A DNA stretch of 64,000 nt from Actinomycetota bacterium (GTDB taxonomy: Bacteria > Actinomycetota > Thermoleophilia > Solirubrobacterales > JACPNS01): the NCBI GenBank assembly GCA_016219715.1, contig JACRKX010000027.1, forward strand, positions 3,667 through 67,666, given 5' to 3'. Made by a program: the position numbers and the translations under genes. Positions 8,855 through 18,216 of the stretch are shown here, in pieces. The notes beneath the pieces are model-generated. The model ran no database searches and was not told the origin of the DNA. It saw nothing but the letters and a program-made list of their open reading frames with translations. Numbering within the stretch: position 1 is the stretch's first letter; each line of letters opens with the position of its first letter.

Positions 8855-9529
8855 ATGGGCCGGGGGAGGTTCACACTCGCTTTCGTGATCGTGCTGCTTA
8901 GCGCGCTGTTCTTGGCTGCCTGCGGCGACGACAAGCCGACCGCCGGCTCCGCCGGTGGGTCGACCTCGGCCACGGGTGCCAGCGGCGAAAAGTCAGGTGA
9001 CTCCAGCTCCAAGGACGACGACTCCAACTCGAATTCCAAGAACGGCAAGTCGTCTTCCGATTCCGACTCTTCGAAGTCGAAGTCGTCCAAGTCAGATGAC
9101 GACTCGTCGAACTCAAGCTCGAAGTCCAAGTCGAAGTCGAACTCCGATTCCGAGTCAACCAAGAAAAGCCCCGGCGTCTACAAGCCGTCCGCCGGAACCG
9201 AGAAGCAGGTTCAAGACGCCGCCGAGGCAATGGGCAACGCAATCGAGCGCAAAGACGTCGACTACCTCTGTGGCAAGGCCTACTCCGCGGAGTACGTCAA
9301 GAACATCGGAGGCGCATCGGCATGCCGCAGCAAGGTCGCCGACCAGGTCGCCCGGTACGACTCTTACGACATGAAGGTGACCGCGGTCAACTTCCTCAAT
9401 CCCAAGCAGGCCCAGGTCTACCTCGACCTCTCGTTCACAGTCGAGGGCAAGAAGACCGAGTCAGAGCCGGCCATCAGCTTCAAGCTCGAAGGCGGCGACT
9501 GGAAGTACTTCATCTACACCGGCGAGTGA
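8855..9529 (+). CDS. Lipoprotein with a Ser/Asp/Lys-rich linker and a small C-terminal globular domain. Function unknown.
   Basis: Signal peptide plus lipobox (LFLAAC|GDD). Low-complexity SDSK tract, then a ~110-aa domain. Confidence 0.6.
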   Translation: MGRGRFTLAFVIVLLSALFLAACGDDKPTAGSAGGSTSATGASGEKSGDSSSKDDDSNSNSKNGKSSSDSDSSKSKSSKSDDDSSNSSSKSKSKSNSDSESTKKSPGVYKPSAGTEKQVQDAAEAMGNAIERKDVDYLCGKAYSAEYVKNIGGASACRSKVADQVARYDSYDMKVTAVNFLNPKQAQVYLDLSFTVEGKKTESEPAISFKLEGGDWKYFIYTGE

Positions 9530-9612
9530 ATCGCCCGTCGCCTGTCCGGTCGTAAGGCCGCCGCGTAGCGAGACAGATCCAGTGTTTCGCGCCCGATAAG
9601 CTCTCGCACCCA

Positions 9613-11373
9613 ATGTTCAGCAAAGTTCTGGTTGCAAACCGCGGCGAGATCGCCATTCGCGTATTTCGTGCGCTCCGGGAGCTGGGCATCCAGTCTGTCG
9701 CGGTCTACTCGGAGGCCGACGCAGACGCCCCGTTCGTGAAGTACGCCGACGAGGCCTACTCGCTCGGCGACGGACCCGCCTCCGAGACCTACCTGGTCGT
9801 CGACAAGATCATCGATGTCGCCAAGCGCAGCGGCGCCGAGGCGATCCACCCGGGCTACGGCTTCCTCGCCGAGAACTCGGCCTTTGCCCAGACCTGCCAG
9901 GACGAAGCGCTCGTCTTCATCGGCCCGCCGCCGTCGGCGATCGACGCGATGGGCTCGAAGACCAACTCGCGCGAACTAATGAAGGCCGCGGGCGTCCCGA
10001 TCGTGCCCGGCACCACAGAGCCTGTCGAAACCGTCGAAGACGCCAAGAAGATCATCGACGATGAGATCGGCTACCCGATCGCCGTCAAGGCCGCCGGTGG
10101 CGGAGGCGGCAAGGGCTTCCGCGTCGCACTGACCGAAGACGAGCTGGCAGACGCCTTCGAAGGCGCCGCCCGCGAGGGTGAGAAGTTCTTCGGCGATCCC
10201 ACCGTCTACCTCGAGCGCTACTTGCCCAACCCGCGCCACGTCGAGGTGCAGATCATCGCCGACAACGAAGGAAACATCGTCCACCTCGGCGAGCGCGACT
10301 GCTCAGTTCAGCGCCGTCACCAGAAGCTGATCGAAGAAGCGCCGGCGCCGGCCGTCGACGAGGCGCTGCGCGAGCGCATGGGCATCATCGGCATCGAGGC
10401 CGCGCGCGCCGTCGGCTACCGCTCTGCCGGCACGATCGAAGGTCTGCTGCAAGACGGCGAGTACTACTTCCTCGAGATGAACACGCGTGTTCAGGTCGAA
10501 CACTGCGTCACCGAAGAGGTCACCGGCATCGACATCGTCAAGGAGCAGATCCTGATCGCCGGAGGCGAGCCGCTCAGCTTCACCCAGGCCGACGTCGAAC
10601 TGCGCGGCCACTCGATCGAGTGCCGCATCAACTTCGAGGACGCCGCCAAGAACTTCGCTCCGGCACCAGGCAAGATCGGGGTCTACCACGAGCCCTCGGG
10701 CCCGGGAGTGCGCGTCGACAGCGGCGTAGTGGCGGGCAGCGAGATCTCGCCACTCTACGACCCGATGGCCGCCAAGCTGATCGTCTGGGACAAGGATCGC
10801 GAGAGCGCAACCAAGCGCATGATTCGCGCACTGAACGAATTTGAAATCGACGCGAAGACCCTGATCCCGTTCCACATCGGCCTGCTCTCCAGCGAACAGT
10901 GGGCGAACGGCGAGACCTGCAAGGACCTCACCGAAGACAAGGACTGGCTCAAGCAGTTCGCCTTCGAGAAGGCCGCCCAGCCCGCCGCAGACGAAGAAGA
11001 GGCCGAGAAGGTCACCAAGAACTACCTCGTCGAAGTGTCGGGCAAGCGCTACGACGTGAAAGTCGTCGGCGAGGCCAACGGCTTCGCGGGCGGCGGCGCG
11101 GCACCGGTCGCCAAAAAGGCCAAGCGCGGCGACCGCGCGGGTGGCAGTGGCGGAGCCGACAGCGAAGCGCTCGTCTCGCCGCTACAGGGCACAGTGCTCA
11201 AGGTCTCCGTCGAAGCCGGCGCCGAGGTCAGCGAGGGCGACGTGATCTTCATCATCGAAGCGATGAAGATGGAGAACGAGATCACAGCCCACCGCAGCGG
11301 CAAGGTCGAAGAGCTCGGCACGGCCGAGGGCGCGTCGGTTTCGGCCGGCGACACGCTGGCGATCATCAAGTAG
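9613..11373 (+). CDS. Acetyl/propionyl-CoA carboxylase alpha subunit (biotin carboxylase + BCCP)
   Basis: 586 aa. MFSKVLVANRGEIAIR N-terminus, ATP-grasp, and a C-terminal biotinyl-lysine motif EAMKMENE. Confidence 0.9.
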   Translation: MFSKVLVANRGEIAIRVFRALRELGIQSVAVYSEADADAPFVKYADEAYSLGDGPASETYLVVDKIIDVAKRSGAEAIHPGYGFLAENSAFAQTCQDEALVFIGPPPSAIDAMGSKTNSRELMKAAGVPIVPGTTEPVETVEDAKKIIDDEIGYPIAVKAAGGGGGKGFRVALTEDELADAFEGAAREGEKFFGDPTVYLERYLPNPRHVEVQIIADNEGNIVHLGERDCSVQRRHQKLIEEAPAPAVDEALRERMGIIGIEAARAVGYRSAGTIEGLLQDGEYYFLEMNTRVQVEHCVTEEVTGIDIVKEQILIAGGEPLSFTQADVELRGHSIECRINFEDAAKNFAPAPGKIGVYHEPSGPGVRVDSGVVAGSEISPLYDPMAAKLIVWDKDRESATKRMIRALNEFEIDAKTLIPFHIGLLSSEQWANGETCKDLTEDKDWLKQFAFEKAAQPAADEEEAEKVTKNYLVEVSGKRYDVKVVGEANGFAGGGAAPVAKKAKRGDRAGGSGGADSEALVSPLQGTVLKVSVEAGAEVSEGDVIFIIEAMKMENEITAHRSGKVEELGTAEGASVSAGDTLAIIK

Positions 11374-11380
11374 CCGGGAT

Positions 11381-12412
11381 CTAGCCGCCGGCCGTGTCGT
11401 CGGAGGTCGGGCCGTCGCTTAGTGGCGGGGCAACGTCACCGGCGGGACGCAAGTGCGCCGGCGCGGCAAATGGGTCAGGAACCACACCAGGAGGCGGCTG
11501 GGCGGGAACCGCGTGGAGCTGCTGCCCCCCGGGCGGACGAGCAGCCTGCTGGGGAGTGCCGTACGGATACGAGGGGTGCGGCGCCGCCTGACCCGGCGGG
11601 GTCTCGATGTGCTCGACGATTCGCTGCTCGTCGCCGCTGGCCAGTCTGGCCTGCCTGCGCAGCGATTCGACGGTGTCCTGGTCGACGACGAGCTTGACCA
11701 GCGCCAAACCGGCGAGAAAGCCGCCAAAGTGCGCGAAGTAGGCAGTACCGCCGCCGGTGCCATAAGCGGCCGCCATCGCAAAGTAGGCCATCAGCACCTG
11801 GACGCCCAGGATGATCCCAACAACCCAGGAAGCGCGGATCCAGCCCCAAAGGAATGGCAGTGGCGGGATCACCCAGGTGAAGATCTTCGCTCGCGGGTAC
11901 AGCATCACGTAGCCACCCATCACCGCCGAGATCGCGCCCGACGCGCCGAGCGCGGGTACCTGCGACGTCGAATCGAAGAGGATGTGCCCGAGGTCGGCAC
12001 CGAGACCACCGACGACGTAGAACAAGAGAAAGCTGGCTCGTCCGAGCCCGGCCTCGAGCGCGAAGCCGAAGACGGCCAGGAAGATCATGTTGCCGATCAG
12101 GTGCCCGATGCTGATGTGCATGAACATCGACGTAAAGAACGTCAGCCAGGTCGGCGGGAACTCCGCCTTCCAGCGCTGCTCCTGAGCCACCGTCTCCTCG
12201 CACTGGAACACGTTGATCGTGGTCTGCGATGGCATGCACTGAGTTCCGGGGTGCGACACCTCATAGGGCACGTTTCCGTAGAGCAGCACCTTTCCGAGAT
12301 CGAGGTTCGAACCGCCCTGCCAACCGAAGAAGATTCCGATGTTGACTACGACCAGCAACACCGTGAGAACCGGGAAGTCCTTGATCTTCAAGTTGTCGCG
12401 AAGCGGGATCAT
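11381..12412 (-). CDS. Rhomboid-family intramembrane serine protease with a Pro-rich C-terminal tail
   Basis: HxxxN (GHLIGNM), catalytic GASGAISAV, and the TM6 His (AHFGGFLAG) are all present. Convergent with the carboxylase gene, with only 7 nt between the stops. Confidence 0.8.
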   Translation of the reverse strand: MIPLRDNLKIKDFPVLTVLLVVVNIGIFFGWQGGSNLDLGKVLLYGNVPYEVSHPGTQCMPSQTTINVFQCEETVAQEQRWKAEFPPTWLTFFTSMFMHISIGHLIGNMIFLAVFGFALEAGLGRASFLLFYVVGGLGADLGHILFDSTSQVPALGASGAISAVMGGYVMLYPRAKIFTWVIPPLPFLWGWIRASWVVGIILGVQVLMAYFAMAAAYGTGGGTAYFAHFGGFLAGLALVKLVVDQDTVESLRRQARLASGDEQRIVEHIETPPGQAAPHPSYPYGTPQQAARPPGGQQLHAVPAQPPPGVVPDPFAAPAHLRPAGDVAPPLSDGPTSDDTAGG

Positions 12413-12586
12413 CTATGCAGTCATGTCCCAGATGGGGAATCACTAGGGTTGATCGTCCGATCGCAAGAGAACTTGAACACCCCGGCGAGCGGCATTTGCT
12501 GACCGCGCACCGTACGGCGGATACGGAGAAGCACCGAAAACCGCGACGACAGCCAACGTCGCACGCGTACGCCAGACTTAGCGCCC

Positions 12587-13801
12587 GTGCGACCGTCCCC
12601 CGACCGTGACATCCGCCTGCTTTTCCCACTGCCGATCGCGACGATCGCGTCGCAGTCGAGCATGGCCAGCGTGCCACCGCTGTTCGTGGCAATCAGCGCG
12701 GAATTCGACGTCTCGATCGGCACGGCCGGGCAGATCCGCAGCGTGAGCGCCGCCAGCGCCGTGCTCTGCACGCTTCTGGTGGGCGGCTGGATCCACCGCC
12801 ACGGCGCGCGCACTGTGATGATCCTCGGCGGAATGCTCGCGGCGATCGGCGCCGGTCTCTGCGCCGCGTCGCCGAGCTTCGCGATGCTCGCCGCCGGGCA
12901 GGTGGTCGTCGGCGCGGGCATCTGCTGCCTGCTGGCCAGCGGCTTCGCCGGCGCGGGCGAATTCTTCTCGCCGGAGACCCGCGACTGGGCGATCGGCTGG
13001 GTCGTGGCCCTGCAGTCACTCGCGTGGATCGTCGGCGTGCCGCTTGTCGGATTGCTCGCCGACCACGTCGGCTGGCGCGCCGGCTTCGCGGTGCCCGCCG
13101 CCTTCTCGCTGATCGCAATGACCAGCGCGATCCTCTTCGCGCCGAGGATCGACCGTGACGCCCGCGCGCTCGACGAGCGCACCGGGCTTTTCGCCGCGCT
13201 TGCCGACCGCTCGGCACGCCGCTGGACGATCGGAGAGCTGCTGGCGTTCGCCGTCTGGACGGCCGAGATCACCTACATCGCGTCGTTCTACATCGAGACC
13301 TACGGAATCAGCGAGTCGCTGGTGGGAATTCTGCTGCCGACCGGATCGGTGGCGTTCCTCGTCGGCTCGGCGCTCGCCGAACGCACGGCGCTGCGCATCT
13401 CTCGCCGCGCGATGCTGACGATCGGCGCCCTGGGCATGGGGTCGGTCGCCTGCGTGCTCTTCAATTTCCACCCGGCCGTCGCCTTCACCGTGTCGATCGG
13501 ACTGTTCATCGGCGTCTTCGCAGGACTGCGCGCGGCCGGCTCGAGCATGCTCGCCCTCGACCAGCTACCCGACAAGCCCGGCGCGATGATGGCCGCCCGC
13601 ACCGCGGCCGTTCAGGTCGGTTACCTGATCGGAGCGGCGATCGGCGGCGTCGCGCTGGACGTCGCCGGCTACGGAATGGTCGGCCTGATCATGCTGGTCG
13701 GCATGGCGGGCTCGGCGGTCGTGATGCGCGGGGTGCCGTCGCGTACCGAGCGGCCCGCTGCCGAGCCACAGCCCGCGACCGGCTCCTACGCGGAGCTTTG
13801 A
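12587..13801 (+). CDS. MFS transporter
   Basis: About 12 TM hydrophobic profile typical of the major facilitator superfamily. The start is uncertain; an alternative is the ATG at 12662. Confidence 0.7.
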   Translation: MRPSPDRDIRLLFPLPIATIASQSSMASVPPLFVAISAEFDVSIGTAGQIRSVSAASAVLCTLLVGGWIHRHGARTVMILGGMLAAIGAGLCAASPSFAMLAAGQVVVGAGICCLLASGFAGAGEFFSPETRDWAIGWVVALQSLAWIVGVPLVGLLADHVGWRAGFAVPAAFSLIAMTSAILFAPRIDRDARALDERTGLFAALADRSARRWTIGELLAFAVWTAEITYIASFYIETYGISESLVGILLPTGSVAFLVGSALAERTALRISRRAMLTIGALGMGSVACVLFNFHPAVAFTVSIGLFIGVFAGLRAAGSSMLALDQLPDKPGAMMAARTAAVQVGYLIGAAIGGVALDVAGYGMVGLIMLVGMAGSAVVMRGVPSRTERPAAEPQPATGSYAEL

Positions 13802-13858
13802 CGGCACCGGCGCGACGTGATGCTGCGCTGAGACTTCGGCCGTCGGCGGCCGCGCACC

Positions 13859-14539
13859 CTACGCCTTCAGCTTGTCAGCCAACTCGCGCAGGTTCTTGAC
13901 TTCGAGGTCCGGCTTCTTGGCCTTCGGCTCGATCTTCTCTTTCTTGCGGTTGACCCAGACGGTCGGCAGCTTCGCCTTGAGAGCGGGCGCGACGTCGTAG
14001 TAGTAGCTGCTGCCGACGTGCACCCAACCCTTCTTGCCACCGATGCGACGGGCCGTCTCGGTGAAGTGGGCCGTCTCGGGCTTGTAACTGCGCACCTGCT
14101 GGGCGGTGACGACGATGTCGAAGTCGGAGCGGATGTGACGGCGGCTGGCTACCAGCAGCTTGTCGTCGATGTTCACGACGAGTCCGACTTGGTACTTCTT
14201 GGCGATGCGGTCGAGCGCGGCGTTGGCCTCGCGGAACGGCTTCCAGCGAATCACGCTGTCGGGCAGGAAGTTGGTGCGAGACGGTTCGAGATCCCACTCG
14301 ATGTCTTCGGCGACCTTCAGCGCGATGCGGCGCAGTACCTCGGCGTAAAGCTCGTACGAACCTGACTTGATCTCTTCCTGGTGTTTGAGGAAGAGGTCGA
14401 TCAGGCTGTTCTTGTCGGGCAGCGCGAAACCGGTTCGCTTGGCCTCGGCCTCGAAGGCCTCGTAAACGCCGGTCTCCCAGTCGATGAGAGTGCCGTATAC
14501 GTCGAACGTGACCCACTTGATGTCTTTTGGCAATGCCAT
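13859..14539 (-). CDS. HAD-superfamily hydrolase, haloacid dehalogenase type II-like
   Basis: Motif I FDVYGTLIDWE, and downstream Ser/Lys/Asp HAD motifs. Confidence 0.75.
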   Translation of the reverse strand: MALPKDIKWVTFDVYGTLIDWETGVYEAFEAEAKRTGFALPDKNSLIDLFLKHQEEIKSGSYELYAEVLRRIALKVAEDIEWDLEPSRTNFLPDSVIRWKPFREANAALDRIAKKYQVGLVVNIDDKLLVASRRHIRSDFDIVVTAQQVRSYKPETAHFTETARRIGGKKGWVHVGSSYYYDVAPALKAKLPTVWVNRKKEKIEPKAKKPDLEVKNLRELADKLKA

Positions 14540-14684
14540 TTGAAGTCGCTTCCTACCTGCAAATCGATGTCTTTCACGACGCGCTTGAGCGCCGACGAAC
14601 GCCTGATACGGTTTTGCCGCGCCGAGCGCCCAATAGATTCTACGAATCGCGCTCGCCCTATCCCCTATCTGAGGTAGTTACAGG

Positions 14685-15845
14685 ATGGATCTTCTCGAGT
14701 ATCAAGGCAAGCAACTATTTGGCAAACACGGTCTGGCCGTGTCCGACGGCAAGGCCGTCACAACGGTCGAAGACGCCGTCGCCGCGGCGAACGAGGTCGG
14801 ATACCCCGTCGTCGTAAAAGCACAGGTTTTGATCGGCGGCCGCGGAAAGGCCGGTGGCGTCAAGCTCGCGGCAAACGAAGATGAGGCGCGCGAGCACGCG
14901 ACGAACATCCTGGGCCTCGACATCAAGGGCCACGTCACCCGCACCCTGTGGATCGAGCACGCCTCCGACATCGACACCGAGTACTACGCCTCGGTGCTGC
15001 TCGACCGCTCGGCCAAGAAGCCGCTGGTGATGTTCTCGACCGAGGGCGGCATCGACATCGAGGAGGTCGCCGAGAAGACCCCCGAGAAGCTGATCAAGTT
15101 CCACGCCGATCCGCTCACGGGTCTGACCAAGGAAGAGGCGATCAAGATCGCGACCGACGGCGGCGCCGACGCGGACGTGATCGAGGGAGTCGCCGACGCG
15201 CTCGTCGCGCTCTACGAGGTCTGGATCGAGGAAGACGCATCGCTGGCCGAGATCAACCCGCTGATCGTCACGCCCGACCGTGAGGTCAAGGCGCTCGACG
15301 CCAAGGTTTCGCTCGACGACAACGCCGAGTTCCGCCACCCCGAGCGCGAGGGTCTCGGCGACTCGGCAAACGCAGATCCGATCGAAGAGAAGGCCAAGGA
15401 GCAGGGCGTCGTCTACGTGAAGCTCGATGGCAACATCGGCATCCTCGGCAACGGCGCGGGTCTCGTCATGAGCACGCTCGACGTTGTCGCCCAGCACGGC
15501 GGAGAGCCCGCCAACTTCCTCGACGCCGGCGGCGGATCCGACGCCGCGAAGGTCAAGCAGGCCGTCGAGCTGATTCTCAGCAACGAGAACGTCAAGGCCG
15601 TCCTGTTCAACATCTTCGGCGGCATCACCCGCTGCAACGAGGTCGCCAACGGCCTGATCGCGGCATTCGAAGACCTCAAGCCAGAGGTGCCCTTCGTCGT
15701 GCGCCTCGACGGCACCAACGACGTTCAGGGCCGCGAGATTCTCGAAGCGGCCGCGCTTCCCAACGTGTACGCAGCCAAGACGATGGACGGGGCCGCCGAG
15801 CAGGTCGTAGCCCTCGCCCAGTCCTCAACAGGACAGGAGAACTGA
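14685..15845 (+). CDS. sucC: Succinyl-CoA synthetase beta subunit
   Basis: MDLLEYQGKQLF N-terminus, ATP-grasp, GNIGILGNGAGLVMSTLD. Confidence 0.95.
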   Translation: MDLLEYQGKQLFGKHGLAVSDGKAVTTVEDAVAAANEVGYPVVVKAQVLIGGRGKAGGVKLAANEDEAREHATNILGLDIKGHVTRTLWIEHASDIDTEYYASVLLDRSAKKPLVMFSTEGGIDIEEVAEKTPEKLIKFHADPLTGLTKEEAIKIATDGGADADVIEGVADALVALYEVWIEEDASLAEINPLIVTPDREVKALDAKVSLDDNAEFRHPEREGLGDSANADPIEEKAKEQGVVYVKLDGNIGILGNGAGLVMSTLDVVAQHGGEPANFLDAGGGSDAAKVKQAVELILSNENVKAVLFNIFGGITRCNEVANGLIAAFEDLKPEVPFVVRLDGTNDVQGREILEAAALPNVYAAKTMDGAAEQVVALAQSSTGQEN

Positions 15846-15847
15846 AC

Positions 15848-16732
15848 ATGTCGATCCTCGTGGATAACGACACACGCCTCGCCGTCGCCGGCATCACCGG
15901 CCGCGAAGGCTCCTTTCACACGCTCAACAACCGTGCCTACGGCACCAACGTCGTCGGCGGCGTAAACCCGAAGAAGGCCGGTGAAGACGTTGAGGGCATC
16001 CCGGTCTTCGGCGACTGGAAAGAGACAGTCGCGGCCACGCAGGCGAACGCCGCAATGATTTTCGTGCCGCCGCCATTCGCCGCGCAGTCGGCGCTCGAAG
16101 CAGCCGAGGCCGGCGTCGAGCTCGTGGTAATCATCACCGAGGGCATTCCGGCCCACGACGAGCTGAAGCTCTACAACCAGGTGCGGCGTGATTTTCCCGC
16201 AACCCGGATCATCGGCCCGAACTGCCCGGGCATCCTCTCGCCGGGCAAGGCGAACATCGGCATCATCCCGGCGTCGTTCTTCAAGGAAGGCAACGTTGGA
16301 GTGGTCTCGCGCTCCGGCACGCTGACTTACCAGATCGGCAACGAACTGGCGCAGAAGGGCTTCGGAAACTCGACGATCGTCGGCATCGGCGGAGACCCGG
16401 TTCCCGGCAGCTCGTTCATCGACATCATCGAGCTGTTCGAGGCCGACGACCAGACCGACCTGATCGTGATGAGCGGTGAGATCGGCGGGTCGGCCGAGGA
16501 AGAGGCGGCCGCCTACATCGCCGCCAACGTCTCGAAGCCGGTCGTCGCCTACATCGCCGGCTTCACGGCTCCCGAGGGCAAGCAGATGGGCCACGCCGGC
16601 GCGATCGTCTCCGGCTCGGCCGGTACCGCCAAGGCCAAGGCCGAGGCGCTCGAGGCCGCCGGCATCCGCGTCGGCCGCACGCCCACGCAGACCGCGGAGA
16701 TCGCGATGGAGCTGATCGGCGCGCCCGCGTAG
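15848..16732 (+). CDS. sucD: Succinyl-CoA synthetase alpha subunit
   Basis: GITGREGSFH, SRSGTLTYQ, and the phosphohistidine loop GHAGAIV. Starts 3 nt after sucC. Confidence 0.95.
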   Translation: MSILVDNDTRLAVAGITGREGSFHTLNNRAYGTNVVGGVNPKKAGEDVEGIPVFGDWKETVAATQANAAMIFVPPPFAAQSALEAAEAGVELVVIITEGIPAHDELKLYNQVRRDFPATRIIGPNCPGILSPGKANIGIIPASFFKEGNVGVVSRSGTLTYQIGNELAQKGFGNSTIVGIGGDPVPGSSFIDIIELFEADDQTDLIVMSGEIGGSAEEEAAAYIAANVSKPVVAYIAGFTAPEGKQMGHAGAIVSGSAGTAKAKAEALEAAGIRVGRTPTQTAEIAMELIGAPA

Positions 16733-16759
16733 CCCCTGAGCAGTCAATCGATTCACGTG

Positions 16760-16790
16760 AACGCCGCCCCTATCGGGGCGGCGTTTTGCG
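16760..16790 (+). terminator. Rho-independent terminator after sucD
   Basis: AACGCCGCCCC-TATC-GGGGCGGCGTT followed by TTGCGTT. Confidence 0.7.
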
Positions 16791-16839
16791 TTCTCCGGCC
16801 GATTCTTTCACGCGATCTGGCTAAGTTGGCTAGAATACG

Positions 16840-17109
16840 TTGATGCAGTACAACGTGCTCGAAGCCAGGAACCAGCTCTCGAAGCTGATCGACGCGGCGG
16901 TCGCAGGCGAGGAGGTTGTGATCGCCAAGCGCGGCAAACCCACCGTGAAGATCGTCAAGATCGACAATGAGCCGCCGCTGGGATCACCAGAACTGATCAG
17001 GCAATGGATGGAGAAGTTCCCGCCCGTTCCCGGAAGGACGCCCGAGGAGATCGAGGCAGAGATTCGCTGGGCGAAATCGGGATGGCACGACGAGCTCGAT
17101 GACGACTGA
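16840..17109 (+). CDS. Type II antitoxin, Phd/YefM family
   Basis: N-terminus QYNVLEARNQLSKLIDAAVAGEEVVIAKRGKPTVKIV is typical of Phd/YefM. The stop overlaps the toxin start (TGATG). Confidence 0.75.
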   Translation: MMQYNVLEARNQLSKLIDAAVAGEEVVIAKRGKPTVKIVKIDNEPPLGSPELIRQWMEKFPPVPGRTPEEIEAEIRWAKSGWHDELDDD

Positions 17110-17507
17110 TGCGAATGGTGTTCCTCGACAGCTGTGTGGTCATCGAAGCGAGCGAGCAGAGCCGTAAAGGCGCAAGGCTGCGGGCACGGTTCGCCGAACT
17201 GGCGTCGGTGGAGCTCGCGATCTCGCCCCTCGTTCGGCTCGAGTCGCTTGTGCGACCGATCCGCGACCGTGACACAGAGCGCCTCGCCGTCCGCCAGTCG
17301 CTGCTCGACAGGTGCGTGCAGCTCCCGATCGACGACGCGATGTACGCGCTGGCGACTCACATACGTGCCAGGCATGGGCTGAGCACCGCCGATTCTGTCC
17401 ACGTCGCGACCGCGAGCAGGCACGGGTGTGACGAATTCTGGACCGACGACCGGCAACTGCTTCGCGCCGCTCCGGGCTTCGTGATCGACGTGTTCGGAGA
17501 GGCGTGA
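17109..17507 (+). CDS. vapC: PIN-domain toxin (VapC family ribonuclease)
   Basis: 132 aa. The acidic residues that define PIN domains are at FLDS, IEAS, TADS and WTDD. Confidence 0.8.
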   Translation: MRMVFLDSCVVIEASEQSRKGARLRARFAELASVELAISPLVRLESLVRPIRDRDTERLAVRQSLLDRCVQLPIDDAMYALATHIRARHGLSTADSVHVATASRHGCDEFWTDDRQLLRAAPGFVIDVFGEA

Positions 17508-18115
17508 GCGCCGCCGTCTACTTCTTCGGCGACAGTTTCGTCGCAGGCTTCGGCGATCCCACAGCACAGGGCTGGGTCGGCCGCGTGCAGGCCGTCGCTC
17601 CGCCCGGGCTGGAGTTCGTCGCCGTCAATCGCGGTGTGCCCGGCGCCACCTCGGTCGAGGCCCTCCGCGACTGGCAGGACGCGGCCGAACGCCTGATGCT
17701 CGAAGACGTCGAGCGGTCGGGCGTCGTCTTCTCATTCGGCACCAACGACGTAATCCAGGGCATGCCGCCAGGCCAGACCTGCGAGACGCTCGGCAATGCA
17801 CTGGCCATTGCCGCGGGCGTTGGCATGCCGGCGCTGGTCGTCGGCCCGCCGCCGATCGGCGATCTGCCCGATGCCGAGCGGCGGCTGGCAACGCTCTCGG
17901 GCGACCTGGCGCTGATCTGCGCGGTCAACGGCATCCCATACATCGAGACCCACGATGTGCTGACGGCCGACACCGCCTGGCGTGCTGAAGCGGCGATCGG
18001 CGACGGCTCGCACCCGCAGTCTGGCGGTTACGAAGAGCTTGCCAACCTAGTCATCGAAGACGGCTTCTTCGATTGGCTGGCCGGCGTAATGGGCGACGAA
18101 GGCAAAGAGAGCTAG
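17504..18115 (+). CDS. SGNH/GDSL-family hydrolase
   Basis: Block I FFGDSFVAGFGD, block III GTND, block V DGSHP. The GTG start overlaps the vapC stop (GTGA). Confidence 0.75.
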   Translation: MSAAVYFFGDSFVAGFGDPTAQGWVGRVQAVAPPGLEFVAVNRGVPGATSVEALRDWQDAAERLMLEDVERSGVVFSFGTNDVIQGMPPGQTCETLGNALAIAAGVGMPALVVGPPPIGDLPDAERRLATLSGDLALICAVNGIPYIETHDVLTADTAWRAEAAIGDGSHPQSGGYEELANLVIEDGFFDWLAGVMGDEGKES

Positions 18116-18216
18116 TACACAGGCGCGGAAATCAGTAGCTTGAACGCCAGTCATGCATCTTCATAGTCGAGGCGCGCGCGTCGGTTGGAGCGACGCTCGA
18201 TAGTCTCACTCCTTAC

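Noticed and set aside
8990-9150. Repetitive TCGAAGTCG-type DNA considered as a tandem-repeat or CRISPR-like element.
   Set aside because: It is in-frame coding low complexity (the Ser/Asp/Lys linker of the lipoprotein), with irregular units and no spacer structure.
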